A program made the position numbers and the translations under genes. Below are positions 35,222 through 44,901 of a stretch of 64,000 bases of DNA, piece by piece. Position 1 is the stretch's first letter, and each line of letters begins with the position of its first letter. Origin of the DNA: a virus (Duplodnaviria; Heunggongvirae; Uroviricota; Caudoviricetes); the IMG/VR virus record IMGVR_UViG_3300048597_000653, positions 53,625-117,624 of that record; one strand, given 5' to 3'. The notes beneath the pieces were generated by a model, which saw nothing but the letters and a program-made list of their open reading frames with translations, was not told the origin of the DNA and did no database searches.

Positions 35222-37969
35222 TTAGAAACCTTCCTTCAGTCGCAACTTGCCGCCGACCACGATGTAGGGCTGTTGCAAAGTTCCTGGAGGGTGTTGTGAC
35301 GGCTCCCAGGACAGGTTGCCGATGAACTTGACGTTGCTTGCCCCGGCCCCGCAGGCAAATTCCTTCGGCAAGCCGCGAGTCACTTTGATCTTGGTCCACT
35401 CATACCGCTCGTCTTCCGGCAGATAAGTGATGAACTTCGTGTAGAAGTCGGCAAAGGGGATTTTCTCGCCAGGGACTTCAAAGCACGTTTCTTGGATGAA
35501 CTGTTCCAGCGGACTACGATTCAAATCTTCGGATCGCAGCTTGTCGTCGGTGGTCACCACAGGCAGTCGCAACCGGCCGATGACCGTTGGCAGCGTCAGA
35601 TCGAGCAGCGTCCGCATGAGATGCGGGGCTTCCTCTTCGAGCTTGGCCAACAAGAACTGTTTGGGAATCTCCGCGTCTTTGGGCAGAGCCGGAACGAACA
35701 TGACCGTGATGCGGGTATCGCCAGGGAAGACAGGGCAGTTCTCGGCGCGGTTGGCACATTGAATCCAATGCGTCGTGTTGGGCTGCTGATAGCTTTCGGT
35801 CCGCATCTTGCGGATCGAGATTTCACGGCCGGTGACCCACTCTTTGATCTTGTTGTAGGCACCGCTCGACCGAGAGATATCCTTTTCCTCAACCACGCAC
35901 AGAATCGCTCCTGCAAGTTCGCCGTTGAAGTCGGACTGGTTGGTCAAGGCGCGGTCGGCAATCACCTTGCCTTTGGTAATCAGCAAGCCGATTGCTTCGT
36001 GCAAAATGGATTTGCCGCTGTTCTCAGGCCCGAACAGAAAGAGGTACGGCAGCGGCTGGAACGGCTCTCGCAGGCAGCAGGCGATCCACAAACGGAGATA
36101 GTCGCCACCGGTCTGGATGTTGGCATCCCGGCACCACTGCAACTCTTTGATCGGGTTGTCCAAGCTCTTGCCAACGTGGTTGAAGATGGCGTCCCAGTGC
36201 GGATGCACGGGAATCTCGTCATCTTTCAATTCACAGGGCAGGAAGCGGAACTGCGCGGCGTTGAGGTTCCACTGTCGGCCGCCAGGGTATTCATCCTGGA
36301 AAGGGAGATTGACCAGCTTCCAACGATGGTGAATGGCATCGCCCAGGATTTGGTCAGCTTCGGTGCGGCTAAGGCCTAACCGCAGCAGCACGGAACGGGC
36401 ATCGTCTTTGGGCACCTTGTCCCAGTCGCCGTCGCAATGACAGGTAGCCCAGCCTGCTCGATCGCCGGAAGGGGAGGTCAGAGCGCGGATCGCCTTGTCG
36501 TACTCGGGCAGGGCGAGGTCTTCTTTCTTCAGATCGGTTTTGGTGTCATAGACCCGCTCCCACCAACCCCCTTTCTTGTCGGCCCAGCCGGTGACTGGCT
36601 TGGGCTCTTTGCCGCCGTCTTCACTCTTCTTCTGTTTCACCTGGACGACCAATCGGCCGTCCTTGTTTCGTTTGAGGACCGCTTCGCGATCGAGGAATTC
36701 GTCGGGCAGATGCACCGACTGCCCGAGGTGCTTGGCTGCCGCAATGGCATCGCGAGCTTCACTGAACTGGTAGCCCTTGCCATCGGACATCTCGCTGCCG
36801 CCGGTGGCTCGTGCGGCCGTATTGAGATCGGGCAGGCGATTGAAGTAGCAAGTGGTCCAGCCTTCGCCGTCTTGCGTCCAGGTCTCCGCTTCGGGGATAC
36901 CGGGTGAGAAGCGATAGACCCGCCAAGCCCCGTTCTCCAACGGGAAGGCAAAGCAGTTGGGCTGTCCTGGGTTTCGGCCTTCGGACACGGTCTGAAAGAG
37001 GCCGATCGCCTTGCGATCTTCGAGCAGCGTTTGCAGCGCCCGCGTGTGCGTCTGCAAGAGATGGTGATCGGAAACCCAGATCGTGGAGTAACCCAGGTCG
37101 GCTAGGTCGTCAATCGTTCGCTTGTGCCGCTCGTCGAGCGGGACGATCCGCCGACTGCTTACCAACGCCTGGAACGGGTCCAACGCCTCATCAGGAACGG
37201 ATTGAAGACGGATTTTGGATCGCCGCCTGGTGACGACTTCGATGTGGTCTCGCCAGTTGGAAGGCAGGTCATCGGTGGTCAGCGGCCGTTCCGCAGGCTT
37301 GAGCAGCTTGAGGCCTTGGTTCTCCGTCGTGATCTTGGTGTGCCAGATCCACATGTTGCCACCGCAGACGTCGATCTGCGAGGCAAAGTCAAATCCCGAC
37401 TCGCTGGACATCATTCCCAGCACGGCCCGTGCTAAGGCGGCATGCTCGGTATGGTTGGCGGTGTAGACCCCGTCTTCACCAAAATGGACATAGAGATGCA
37501 ACCCGCTGCCGCCGGTGCTGTTGCGAACCTCGACCCACGGGATGGCTGAAGCCGCCTCGCGAACCTTCGATAATTCTTCGCCCGTAATACCGACACCCTT
37601 GGCGTGGCCGGTAATACTGTCAAAGTCGAACCCTACCCAACGGGACCGCAGATTGGCCCAATCCCAACCGGTCGAACCGATCGCTTCTGCGTGCAGATCG
37701 AGCGGGAACCGAATCTCGTAATCGTGGAACTCGGGGACGTCATTGGCGTTCTTGGGAATGCGGACGGCATGCCATTCATAGATGCCATTGGTCCAAGTGT
37801 TTCGCTTCTGCGCGACAGGGTCACCATCCCCGGCGGAAACATTCACCTGCGTTTCCAGGTTGGGTGCATGACGAAGGTAACTCTCAACCAGGTCGCCACC
37901 GGGGAGGGAAGCTTTGCGAGCGGTGAGAAACAGCCGAATGCTTTGTGAGACGGTTGGCATATAAGACAT
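35222..37969 (-). CDS. primase-polymerase (prim-pol) with SF3 helicase, P4-type replication protein
   Basis: N-terminal WVGFDFDS and GGSGLHLYVHF prim-pol motifs. C-terminal LFLFGPENSGKS Walker A of a P4/D5-type helicase. ATG at 37969 is symmetric with the divergent gene start; a GTG at 38005 is the alternative. Confidence 0.8.
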   Translation of the reverse strand: MSYMPTVSQSIRLFLTARKASLPGGDLVESYLRHAPNLETQVNVSAGDGDPVAQKRNTWTNGIYEWHAVRIPKNANDVPEFHDYEIRFPLDLHAEAIGSTGWDWANLRSRWVGFDFDSITGHAKGVGITGEELSKVREAASAIPWVEVRNSTGGSGLHLYVHFGEDGVYTANHTEHAALARAVLGMMSSESGFDFASQIDVCGGNMWIWHTKITTENQGLKLLKPAERPLTTDDLPSNWRDHIEVVTRRRSKIRLQSVPDEALDPFQALVSSRRIVPLDERHKRTIDDLADLGYSTIWVSDHHLLQTHTRALQTLLEDRKAIGLFQTVSEGRNPGQPNCFAFPLENGAWRVYRFSPGIPEAETWTQDGEGWTTCYFNRLPDLNTAARATGGSEMSDGKGYQFSEARDAIAAAKHLGQSVHLPDEFLDREAVLKRNKDGRLVVQVKQKKSEDGGKEPKPVTGWADKKGGWWERVYDTKTDLKKEDLALPEYDKAIRALTSPSGDRAGWATCHCDGDWDKVPKDDARSVLLRLGLSRTEADQILGDAIHHRWKLVNLPFQDEYPGGRQWNLNAAQFRFLPCELKDDEIPVHPHWDAIFNHVGKSLDNPIKELQWCRDANIQTGGDYLRLWIACCLREPFQPLPYLFLFGPENSGKSILHEAIGLLITKGKVIADRALTNQSDFNGELAGAILCVVEEKDISRSSGAYNKIKEWVTGREISIRKMRTESYQQPNTTHWIQCANRAENCPVFPGDTRITVMFVPALPKDAEIPKQFLLAKLEEEAPHLMRTLLDLTLPTVIGRLRLPVVTTDDKLRSEDLNRSPLEQFIQETCFEVPGEKIPFADFYTKFITYLPEDERYEWTKIKVTRGLPKEFACGAGASNVKFIGNLSWEPSQHPPGTLQQPYIVVGGKLRLKEGF

Positions 37970-38029
37970 TAAGGAGGTGATGACCGGTTTTTTCTGAGAA
38001 AACACTGGCTTCTCTGTCCTTAATGTCTT
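37963..38029. promoter_or_regulatory. 13-bp perfect inverted repeat aagacattaagga/tccttaatgtctt that embeds both divergent start codons
   Basis: Arms at 37963-37975 and 38017-38029. Each contains an ATGTCTT start; the genes begin MSYM and MSCM. Confidence 0.45.
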
Positions 38030-38925
38030 GTATGCGGTTGAGAATCGATCAGTTGGTAGAACCCCGCATTCCGTTGCGACATGTTGATGTCGCGTCGGTC
38101 GGATTCCTCGAACTCGTTGAGTCCATCAAGAAGCACGGCTTACTGTGCTCGATCTCGGTCCGGCCGTTGAACCACGATCTGTTCGAGATCATCGACGGGC
38201 TTCATCGCTACTACGCATGCAGGGAGATCGGGCTTACCGAGATTTCTGCAACCATCCTGAGCGTCACTGAAATGGAGTCGATCGGACTTCAGATTCAGGC
38301 GAACGCCTGCCGGCTGGAAACGACGCCGATCGAATATGCAGTTCACTTGCAGCGACTGTTGCAAATGAACCCCGACATGACGATCGCACAGCTTGCGAAG
38401 CTTGTGAGCAAGAGCCCGCAATGGATTAAGTCGATCCTTGGGCTGCTGCGGCTGACCCCGGAGATACAGAAGTTCGTTCAGTCGGGTGACATGTGCCTTC
38501 AGAATGCTGTGGCCTTGGCCAAAATTTGGCGTACGGCACAGGCTGAGTATCTCAACCAAGCCTTGACGATGAACGCTCGCGAGTTCGGCGCACTGGCCCG
38601 ATCCGCAGCTAAGAAGATGCGTGAATCGGTTCGCACAGGGAGTTTGGCAGAGTGGTATTCCGACAACTTCACTCCCCAGCCGTTCTTGCGGCCGTTGCGA
38701 GAGTTAAAGGAAGAGATCGACACACCAACGATAGCGGGCGTGGTGATCGCAGCCGAAGGCTGCACCACGGTCGTCGAGGCTTTCCGGTGCGCTCTTCTGT
38801 GGGCGATGAACCTGGACAAGCTCGGCGTTGAAAAGCAGAGAAAGACATTCCTCGACCGTCAAGTAAGTGCGTTACGCAAATACAGAAATGAGGTGGATCG
38901 TGATAACGAGCTAGGGAAAGCCTAG
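38023..38925 (+). CDS. ParB-like nuclease-domain protein
   Basis: LLCSISVRP...FEIIDGLHRYYACREIG ParB N-terminal domain motif plus a helical C-terminus. Confidence 0.65.
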   Translation: MSCMRLRIDQLVEPRIPLRHVDVASVGFLELVESIKKHGLLCSISVRPLNHDLFEIIDGLHRYYACREIGLTEISATILSVTEMESIGLQIQANACRLETTPIEYAVHLQRLLQMNPDMTIAQLAKLVSKSPQWIKSILGLLRLTPEIQKFVQSGDMCLQNAVALAKIWRTAQAEYLNQALTMNAREFGALARSAAKKMRESVRTGSLAEWYSDNFTPQPFLRPLRELKEEIDTPTIAGVVIAAEGCTTVVEAFRCALLWAMNLDKLGVEKQRKTFLDRQVSALRKYRNEVDRDNELGKA

Positions 38926-39023
38926 CACTGCTCTTCTCTCGTGAGCGTTAAGTCCGCTGTGCCCAGTTGGCACCTTCTCGCGGCTCGCTCTATCTCTTCT
39001 CCAATTCTTGGAACCATGTACCA

Positions 39024-39770
39024 ATGACGACTTCCCTCGTCCCTGTCGATTTCTCCCAACTGCCTTCAACGCAGATCGGTGACGATTCGCTCTATGCCGG
39101 CCTCACGCAGGGTGGCACCTTCCTCAAGCGAATCCAGCTTTACACCAAGGGTGAAGCGATTGACACCGGCAAGATTCGGCCTGGCCACTTCGGCGTGCCG
39201 GACAATGACGCAATCACTGACCTCGGTGAATCGATCGACATCGTGCCGCTGGCCCGCCGTCCCAAGGCGCTGGACATGTCGGACAAGACGGCCGTGACCG
39301 CCTCCTACGATCTCGAATCGGATGAGTTCAAGCGGATCGCAGCCCGGTCCGACGAACCGAACTCCGGTTGCCAGCACGGCATCAGCTTCCTCGTGGTCGA
39401 GCGAACGACCGGCGAGTTCTACGAATTCTTCTTCGGCAACAAGAGCAGCCGACCGGAGGCGAAGTCGCTGGCTCCGTACCTCGCGTTGACGCAGGCGGAC
39501 ATCGATCGCCGCCAAGCGGCGAAAGCCGATGTCACTGGCTTGCAACCGCATGGCCCGGTGCCGGCTACGCTGAAGACCCGCTACATCAAGGGCAAGAAGG
39601 GTTCGTGGCACGTCCCCGTCGTCTTCAAGTGCTCGACGCCGTTCGCCAACTTCCCGTCGCAGGCTGAGTGCATCAAGGAGATCACTCGGTTCTTGACCGC
39701 GAAGACCGAAGGCTCGGAGAAGGTCGAAGAAGCTCCGGCCGAGGACGGAAAAAAGAAGCGGGCTCGCTAA
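39024..39770 (+). CDS. hypothetical protein with a Lys-rich C-terminus
   Basis: Start chosen at MTTSLVP; the ORF is open from 38967. 248 aa. Confidence 0.45.
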   Translation: MTTSLVPVDFSQLPSTQIGDDSLYAGLTQGGTFLKRIQLYTKGEAIDTGKIRPGHFGVPDNDAITDLGESIDIVPLARRPKALDMSDKTAVTASYDLESDEFKRIAARSDEPNSGCQHGISFLVVERTTGEFYEFFFGNKSSRPEAKSLAPYLALTQADIDRRQAAKADVTGLQPHGPVPATLKTRYIKGKKGSWHVPVVFKCSTPFANFPSQAECIKEITRFLTAKTEGSEKVEEAPAEDGKKKRAR

Positions 39771-40035
39771 TTCTTTGCAACCAATCCGAAGCTCGGCTGT
39801 AGATAAGTATGCACGGCCAACGCCCTGGCTCAACGCAGGGCTGAAAGGCTAGGACTTGCGAATGCAGGTCGCAATGAATCCGTTGCCTCGCCTTCGGGCG
39901 AGGCGCGGGTTGCATTGTTTGTGCGACATCTCATCCACCATTGTGGAAAGAGGTACGAAGCCGTTCGCTTGAGCGGCTTCAGCTTATGGGCAATGCCCAG
40001 GGGTCTGCGCCCAGCGTGGGCCGCAAATCAATCCT

Positions 40036-40108
40036 CACTCTGTAACTCAATTGGCAGAGGCCCCGTGCTGAACGGGCGTGGTTGAAGGTTCGAGCCCTTC
40101 CAGGGTGA
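40036..40108 (+). tRNA. tRNA-like gene, possibly Gln(CUG), with a non-canonical anticodon arm
   Basis: 7-bp acceptor stem cactctg/cagggtg. T-arm gaagg-TTCGAGC-ccttc. Anticodon stem ccccg/cgggc has a C-C mismatch, and loop UGCUGAA carries G33. Confidence 0.4.
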
Positions 40109-40149
40109 GGTTGAGTTATTCCTTTCGCAAGATTGCCATTTGGTTCTCT

Positions 40150-40190
40150 GGCCAGTGCGGCTTGTCCCTGCCGCACTGGCCTCTTTTCAC
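40150..40190 (+). terminator. strong rho-independent terminator
   Basis: 12-bp perfect stem ggccagtgcggc/gccgcactggcc with an 8-nt loop, followed by tcttttcac. Confidence 0.65.
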
Positions 40191-40424
40191 GAGGGCTACA
40201 TGCCTCCTGATCCGAATACGAAGTAAGCAACACACTCGTCGCACCGCTCAATGACGTGCATCAAGGACGAGTATTGAGTCGCACGGCCGCGATCTATCAA
40301 GGTTGCACCGAACCAGCCTGGCGAATCGGTGTACATCCAAGTCTGTCTTCGTGACGGACTTGAGAAGCACCTTTACGGGTGCTTCTACCCTTGCCTGCGG
40401 AATCGGCCGTAATCCGCGGGACAG

Positions 40425-40497
40425 TTCTGCGTAGCTCAGTCCGGCCAGAGCCCTGCCTAGTGGTAGGAGGTCGCAGGTTCAAATCCTGTCGCAGAAC
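40425..40497 (+). tRNA. tRNA-like element with an aberrant anticodon arm
   Basis: Perfect 7-bp acceptor stem ttctgcg/cgcagaa. Canonical D-arm and T-arm (gcagg-TTCAAAT-cctgt). The anticodon region folds only as cctgc/gtagg with a 6-nt loop. Confidence 0.3.
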
Positions 40498-40520
40498 CTC
40501 TTCTCCCTCAAGAGGTATCC

Positions 40521-40904
40521 ATGTTCTCAACTCTCGCACTGCTCTTTTGTCTGCTGCAAGCCGACTCGCCACCTGACTCTTGGTCCGAGTTTGCCGAACA
40601 GCGAAACGAGCTTGCCCGACAACGGGTGATCGAGCGGCGTGAATCCGTCGAGCGGCCTGCCCCGGTTGTCGTGACGACACGCACGTTGTCTCGCTACCAC
40701 CGCATTCGCCGCCTCAAAGGCAACCCCGCGATCTACGGGGCGCCTGGCACCGTGTCGGAAGCGGGTGGCCCGGAACGTCGCCGACTGCTCGAAGTCGAGC
40801 AGACCACCACGCGTGTCTATCCCGGCTGCACACCGTATGGCGGCGGACCGCTGGAAATCCTCAACCCCTATTGCGCTCCATGCCAATCAAAACCATCTGC
40901 GTGA
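40521..40904 (+). CDS. secreted hypothetical protein
   Basis: AGAGG Shine-Dalgarno. N-terminal signal-like MFSTLALLFCLLQA. 127 aa. Confidence 0.5.
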   Translation: MFSTLALLFCLLQADSPPDSWSEFAEQRNELARQRVIERRESVERPAPVVVTTRTLSRYHRIRRLKGNPAIYGAPGTVSEAGGPERRRLLEVEQTTTRVYPGCTPYGGGPLEILNPYCAPCQSKPSA

Positions 40905-41089
40905 TCCTCAACTCAGCGGCAAAGTCTCTGAGCAGCATGCATCGGCCGGTCTGCTACCCGGCATGGTTCATCTGGTCCATCGTTGCCACGCCGCTGTACT
41001 TGCTCGTGTTGCTTGAAAACGTCTTGTACCACGTCAAGCAATTTCACCGCCAGCCTCCGCTCAAGATTCACGAACCCTCGCAGGACTGA
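40871..41089 (+). CDS. small hydrophobic protein; start uncertain
   Basis: 72-aa ORF overlapping the upstream gene. An internal ATG at 40937 would give about 50 aa with one transmembrane helix. Confidence 0.25.
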   Translation: MRSMPIKTICVILNSAAKSLSSMHRPVCYPAWFIWSIVATPLYLLVLLENVLYHVKQFHRQPPLKIHEPSQD

Positions 41090-41605
41090 ATGCAGCCTGA
41101 CGCCGTTCTGATTCAAACCCCAGCCGTCAACTTCGCGACGTTTCTCAGTCTGGGGCACAAGGCTGTCGGATACTCTCTTTCCTCCGCGGTCGATGCCAAG
41201 CGCAACGCCAGTGACGCTGAGCGTTTCTTGTCGTGCTTGGCATCACTGCTCGATCGAGAGGCCGCTGCCGGTCTGCTCACGTCGCTGTTGCCCCACGTTT
41301 CCTACTCGGCCTTCATCGCTGCCGACGAACGAGACCTGCTGGACATTCTGCAAACGGCCGCGGGCATGCCATTCGTGGCGGCCGACACCGTCGCACGAGG
41401 CGTCCAGGTCGCCGTCGTGACTGGCACGCTGGCGCAGTGGCGAGACGCCGTGATCCAGGGTGCATCGCCCGGCACCGAACTCAACGTGCGAGCTTGCTTC
41501 TGCAAGCTGAAAGGCCTGTTCGAGTCCGCCGGGCTCAACGTCTGGCAAGGCCTTCCTGTTCGCCATCTCTCTGACAACACCTTCGTGATCGAACACAAGA
41601 AATGA
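41090..41605 (+). CDS. hypothetical protein
   Basis: 171-aa ORF that is translationally coupled to the helicase gene. Confidence 0.45.
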   Translation: MQPDAVLIQTPAVNFATFLSLGHKAVGYSLSSAVDAKRNASDAERFLSCLASLLDREAAAGLLTSLLPHVSYSAFIAADERDLLDILQTAAGMPFVAADTVARGVQVAVVTGTLAQWRDAVIQGASPGTELNVRACFCKLKGLFESAGLNVWQGLPVRHLSDNTFVIEHKK

Positions 41606-43560
41606 TCGAAACTGTCAAGCTCACGCACCGAACCGAGGGAGGAAGCCTCGTCCGATCCGAAGCGATCATCGAATACAAGGACGATCGCATCTTCTTCCGC
41701 AAGTCGCCGTTTGCTCTCAAGGATGAGATCAAAGCGATGAAGGGCTCCAAGTGGCACGGCTATGACGACCCGCCTCAGAAGATTTGGTCAGTGGCCGACT
41801 GTCAACGCAACCGGTTCCAACTCGACTGGCTGAAAGGCGAGGACGTCTACGAATGGTTCGATCGTGACGTCACTGAGTTCGAGCCCCGCCGCAAGGAACT
41901 AATGCCGCACCAGGGCGTGATGCTCAACACTGGGCTCACGTATCACTACCAAATCTGGGCGGCCATCATGGGTCTCGGCAAGACCCTCTCCGCACAGGAG
42001 TTGATCGAGCAATCCGGCGTGAAGTTCTGGTGGTGGGTCGGCCCAAAGACGAGCCTGCCCAACATCCAGCGCGAGTTCATTAAATGGGGCTGGGACAATC
42101 CGGCTGAGATCGAATGGCTCACGTATGACCGGCTGGTCAAGTACGTCGATGACTTCGAGCCAGGAGACCCGCTGCCACAAGGCGTCATCTTTGACGAAAG
42201 CAGCCGGCTGAAAGGTGCCACTTCGCAGCGGACAACGGCTGCGATGATGTTGACGGACATGATCCGTAAGCGATTCGCGCGAGACGGCTTCGTGATCGAA
42301 ATGTCCGGCACGCCTGCTCCCAAATCCCCCGTGGATTGGTGGGCACCGACCGAAGTCGCATGGCCAGGCTTTCTGAAAGAAGGCACCCCGCAAGCCTTGG
42401 AGAAGCGACTGGCCTTCATGGTCGATAAGCAATTCGACGCCGGGGTCTTCAAGAAGCGAAGCGGTTGGAAGGACGACGAACGGAAGTGCGCCAAGTGCGG
42501 CGATTTTGAAGATGCTGAGTGCCACCAATTCGGTGAAGACGGCTACTCCGACGATTACCACAAGTGGGAGCCTAGCGTCAACGAAGTCACCTTGCTGTAC
42601 GAACGCTTGAAAGGGCTCGTCACAGTTCTGCAAAGCAAGGAATGTCTGGGGCTGCCTGAGAAACGGTATCGCCAGATCCATTGCAAGCCGACCGCTCAAA
42701 TGCTGCGAGTCGCCAAGGCCTTGGCCGACTCCGCGCCGAACACGATGACTGGCATGTCGTGGTTGCGGGAGTTGTCGAGTGGCTTCCAATACCGCGAAGT
42801 GAAAGACGGCGTGATCCCTTGTCCGCATTGCCCCAAGGCATGTGGCGAGGTGGAAGAGTGGTTCGATCCGCGAGACGAGGATCGCACCTTCTCATCCGTG
42901 GACATGCTCAACGCTGACTTGGTCGCTCGGCTGGAGAAACGCACCGTCCCTTGCCCGAAGTGTCACGGCAACAAACAAATCGACCGGCTGGTCCGCGTCT
43001 CGAAGGAAGTCCCTTGCCCGAAGGAACCGGCACTCAAAGGCCTGCTGGCAGAGTGCGATGAGACAGGGCGGATCGTGCTCTTCGGAGCCTTTCAAGGCTC
43101 GATCGACCGGATGATTACCGTCTGCCGCAAGGAAGGGTGGGATATCGTTCGTTGCGACGGTCGAGGCTACGAAGTTAAGACAGCCTCCGGCGAGATCGTC
43201 ACCGACGTGCATGGTCTCGACTACTGGGCCAACCGCGACAACTCGAAGGTCGCGTTCGTGGCTAACCACGAATCGGGCGGCATGAGCTTGACGCTGGTTG
43301 AAAGCCGTATGGCGGTCTTCTGGGACAACCCGTTCAAGCCCGAGTTCCGAATCCAAGCTGAAGACCGCATCCATCGCAAAGGAATGGATGTCAACTTCGG
43401 CTGCACGATCGTGGACTTGTTTCACCTCCCCACCGACGCCCGCGTGCTCAGCGTGCTGCAAGAGAACCGGCGTATCGAACTAATGACCCTGGGCCAGATG
43501 ACGGCCTGCTTGGACGACGCGGAATCGTCTGAGGCTTGTGAGATTGTGGAGCTTACATGA
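41602..43560 (+). CDS. SNF2-family helicase with inserted zinc-finger modules
   Basis: Motif I GLGKT, motif II IFDESSRLK, motif III MSGTP and motif VI QAEDRIHRKG. Three Cys4 clusters are inserted. Confidence 0.7.
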   Translation: MIETVKLTHRTEGGSLVRSEAIIEYKDDRIFFRKSPFALKDEIKAMKGSKWHGYDDPPQKIWSVADCQRNRFQLDWLKGEDVYEWFDRDVTEFEPRRKELMPHQGVMLNTGLTYHYQIWAAIMGLGKTLSAQELIEQSGVKFWWWVGPKTSLPNIQREFIKWGWDNPAEIEWLTYDRLVKYVDDFEPGDPLPQGVIFDESSRLKGATSQRTTAAMMLTDMIRKRFARDGFVIEMSGTPAPKSPVDWWAPTEVAWPGFLKEGTPQALEKRLAFMVDKQFDAGVFKKRSGWKDDERKCAKCGDFEDAECHQFGEDGYSDDYHKWEPSVNEVTLLYERLKGLVTVLQSKECLGLPEKRYRQIHCKPTAQMLRVAKALADSAPNTMTGMSWLRELSSGFQYREVKDGVIPCPHCPKACGEVEEWFDPRDEDRTFSSVDMLNADLVARLEKRTVPCPKCHGNKQIDRLVRVSKEVPCPKEPALKGLLAECDETGRIVLFGAFQGSIDRMITVCRKEGWDIVRCDGRGYEVKTASGEIVTDVHGLDYWANRDNSKVAFVANHESGGMSLTLVESRMAVFWDNPFKPEFRIQAEDRIHRKGMDVNFGCTIVDLFHLPTDARVLSVLQENRRIELMTLGQMTACLDDAESSEACEIVELT

Positions 43561-44864
43561 AGACACTGAACGACAAGAAAGTCGCCTCGATCAAGGACCT
43601 CATCGCACGAGGGTACAAGCAACCAGCAATCGCCAAAGAGTTCGGCATCAGCCGCAGCGCGGTCTCCGACATCGCAACTGGTCGCCGCCATACGCACGTC
43701 CCCTGGCCTGAATCCGTGGCACCCAAGAAGCCCGGCGGTCAGCGGCGGCCGTTGTACGACCCGACGAACACCCGCATCCTCGAACTCGAATCGGAGGTTG
43801 TGCATCTCACCGAAGAGCGGAACCGCGAGCGACGAAAGTCAAAGTCGGTTGCCAAGACCCAAGGCTTGTTTCGCGCGATCGTCTCCGAGATGGAGCATCG
43901 CATCCGGCCGTTCACCGCACTGCCGACTGCTGCACCGATCACGCGGAAGGTTAAGCCCATCACCGAGCATGTGGTGATGCATCTGTCGGACATGCACGCC
44001 GATCAGGTCATCACGCCGGAAGAATGCGGCGGGCTGGAGGAATTCAACTTCCCGATCGCCTGTGCCCGAGCCGAGCGATACGTGGACACTGTGATCGAGT
44101 GGACGCAAGATACACTGGCACCGAAGTTCAAGTTCACCGAACTCACCATCCTGGCGTACGGCGACTTCACCAGCGGTGAGATTCACGGCCACGGTGAGCG
44201 GTCGTACTACCGCAACTCGTTTAAGAACTGCCTCGCGATCGGCCAGCTTCAGGCCATGATGTATCGCGACCTGGCTCCTCACTTCTCGCAGATCAACGTC
44301 CTGCATCTCTCCGGCAACCACGGCCGCCGGACGGCACAGAAGGACTTCCACGGAGCACAGAACAACTTCGACTACCTGATCGGCGAGATCGCACGGCTGC
44401 ATTGCCGCGATATCCCGAATATCCATTTCACGATCCCCAACTGCTGGTCGGCCAACATCATCATCAACGAGGTGGGGTTCAACCTCTCACACGGTGATGA
44501 CGTTCGGAGCAACGGCGGTATCCCCTGGTACGCCCTCACTCGTCGCCAGAAGGGCTTGATCGCTCTGGGTGCCGCGCGGGGCAGCACACCCATCCGCTAC
44601 TTCGTCATCGGTCACCACCATTGCCTTGCGAGTCTGTCCGACATCAATGGCGAGATGGTTATCAATGGTGCTTGGCCGGGCACCGACTCGTTCTCCTACA
44701 ACTCGTTCAGCGGCTACCGTGAGCCGTGCCAACTGCTGCATGGGGTCAATCCCAAGCACGGCATCACCTGGCGAATGAACGTCAAGCTCAAGCACGAGAA
44801 CGAGAAAGCCGGCCCGAAGCGGTACAAGATCGACGGCGGCCGAGAGGTAGGCCCGCTCGTATGA
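43557..44864 (+). CDS. HTH-containing calcineurin-like metallophosphoesterase; candidate SbcD/Mre11-like nuclease or phosphatase
   Basis: N-terminal sigma-r4-like HTH. Phosphoesterase motifs LSDMHAD, AYGDF, SGNHG and GHHH. Confidence 0.6.
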   Translation: MKTLNDKKVASIKDLIARGYKQPAIAKEFGISRSAVSDIATGRRHTHVPWPESVAPKKPGGQRRPLYDPTNTRILELESEVVHLTEERNRERRKSKSVAKTQGLFRAIVSEMEHRIRPFTALPTAAPITRKVKPITEHVVMHLSDMHADQVITPEECGGLEEFNFPIACARAERYVDTVIEWTQDTLAPKFKFTELTILAYGDFTSGEIHGHGERSYYRNSFKNCLAIGQLQAMMYRDLAPHFSQINVLHLSGNHGRRTAQKDFHGAQNNFDYLIGEIARLHCRDIPNIHFTIPNCWSANIIINEVGFNLSHGDDVRSNGGIPWYALTRRQKGLIALGAARGSTPIRYFVIGHHHCLASLSDINGEMVINGAWPGTDSFSYNSFSGYREPCQLLHGVNPKHGITWRMNVKLKHENEKAGPKRYKIDGGREVGPLV

Positions 44865-44901
44865 CGCCGGCCGTGCCGTCGCATCGTAGAAGTCAATCTG
44901 T

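Noticed and set aside
37976-37996. Plus-strand AAGGAGG Shine-Dalgarno followed by ATG at 37981.
   Set aside because: It opens only a 5-codon ORF (MTGFF*). It is more likely part of the divergent control region; the SD-like sequence is the reverse complement context of the primase start region.
39066-39833. Minus-strand 255-aa ORF.
   Set aside because: It is antisense to 39024..39770 with a low-complexity R/L/A-rich translation.
41899-42828. Minus-strand ORFs antisense to the DNA-metabolism genes. Examples are 41899..42828, 42892..43461, 43839..44426, 44487..45002, 47613..48449, 49817..50464, 51733..52323, 53124..53885 and 54134..54928.
   Set aside because: Same reason. They overlap plus-strand genes that have strong catalytic motifs (SNF2, polymerase, ligase and others).
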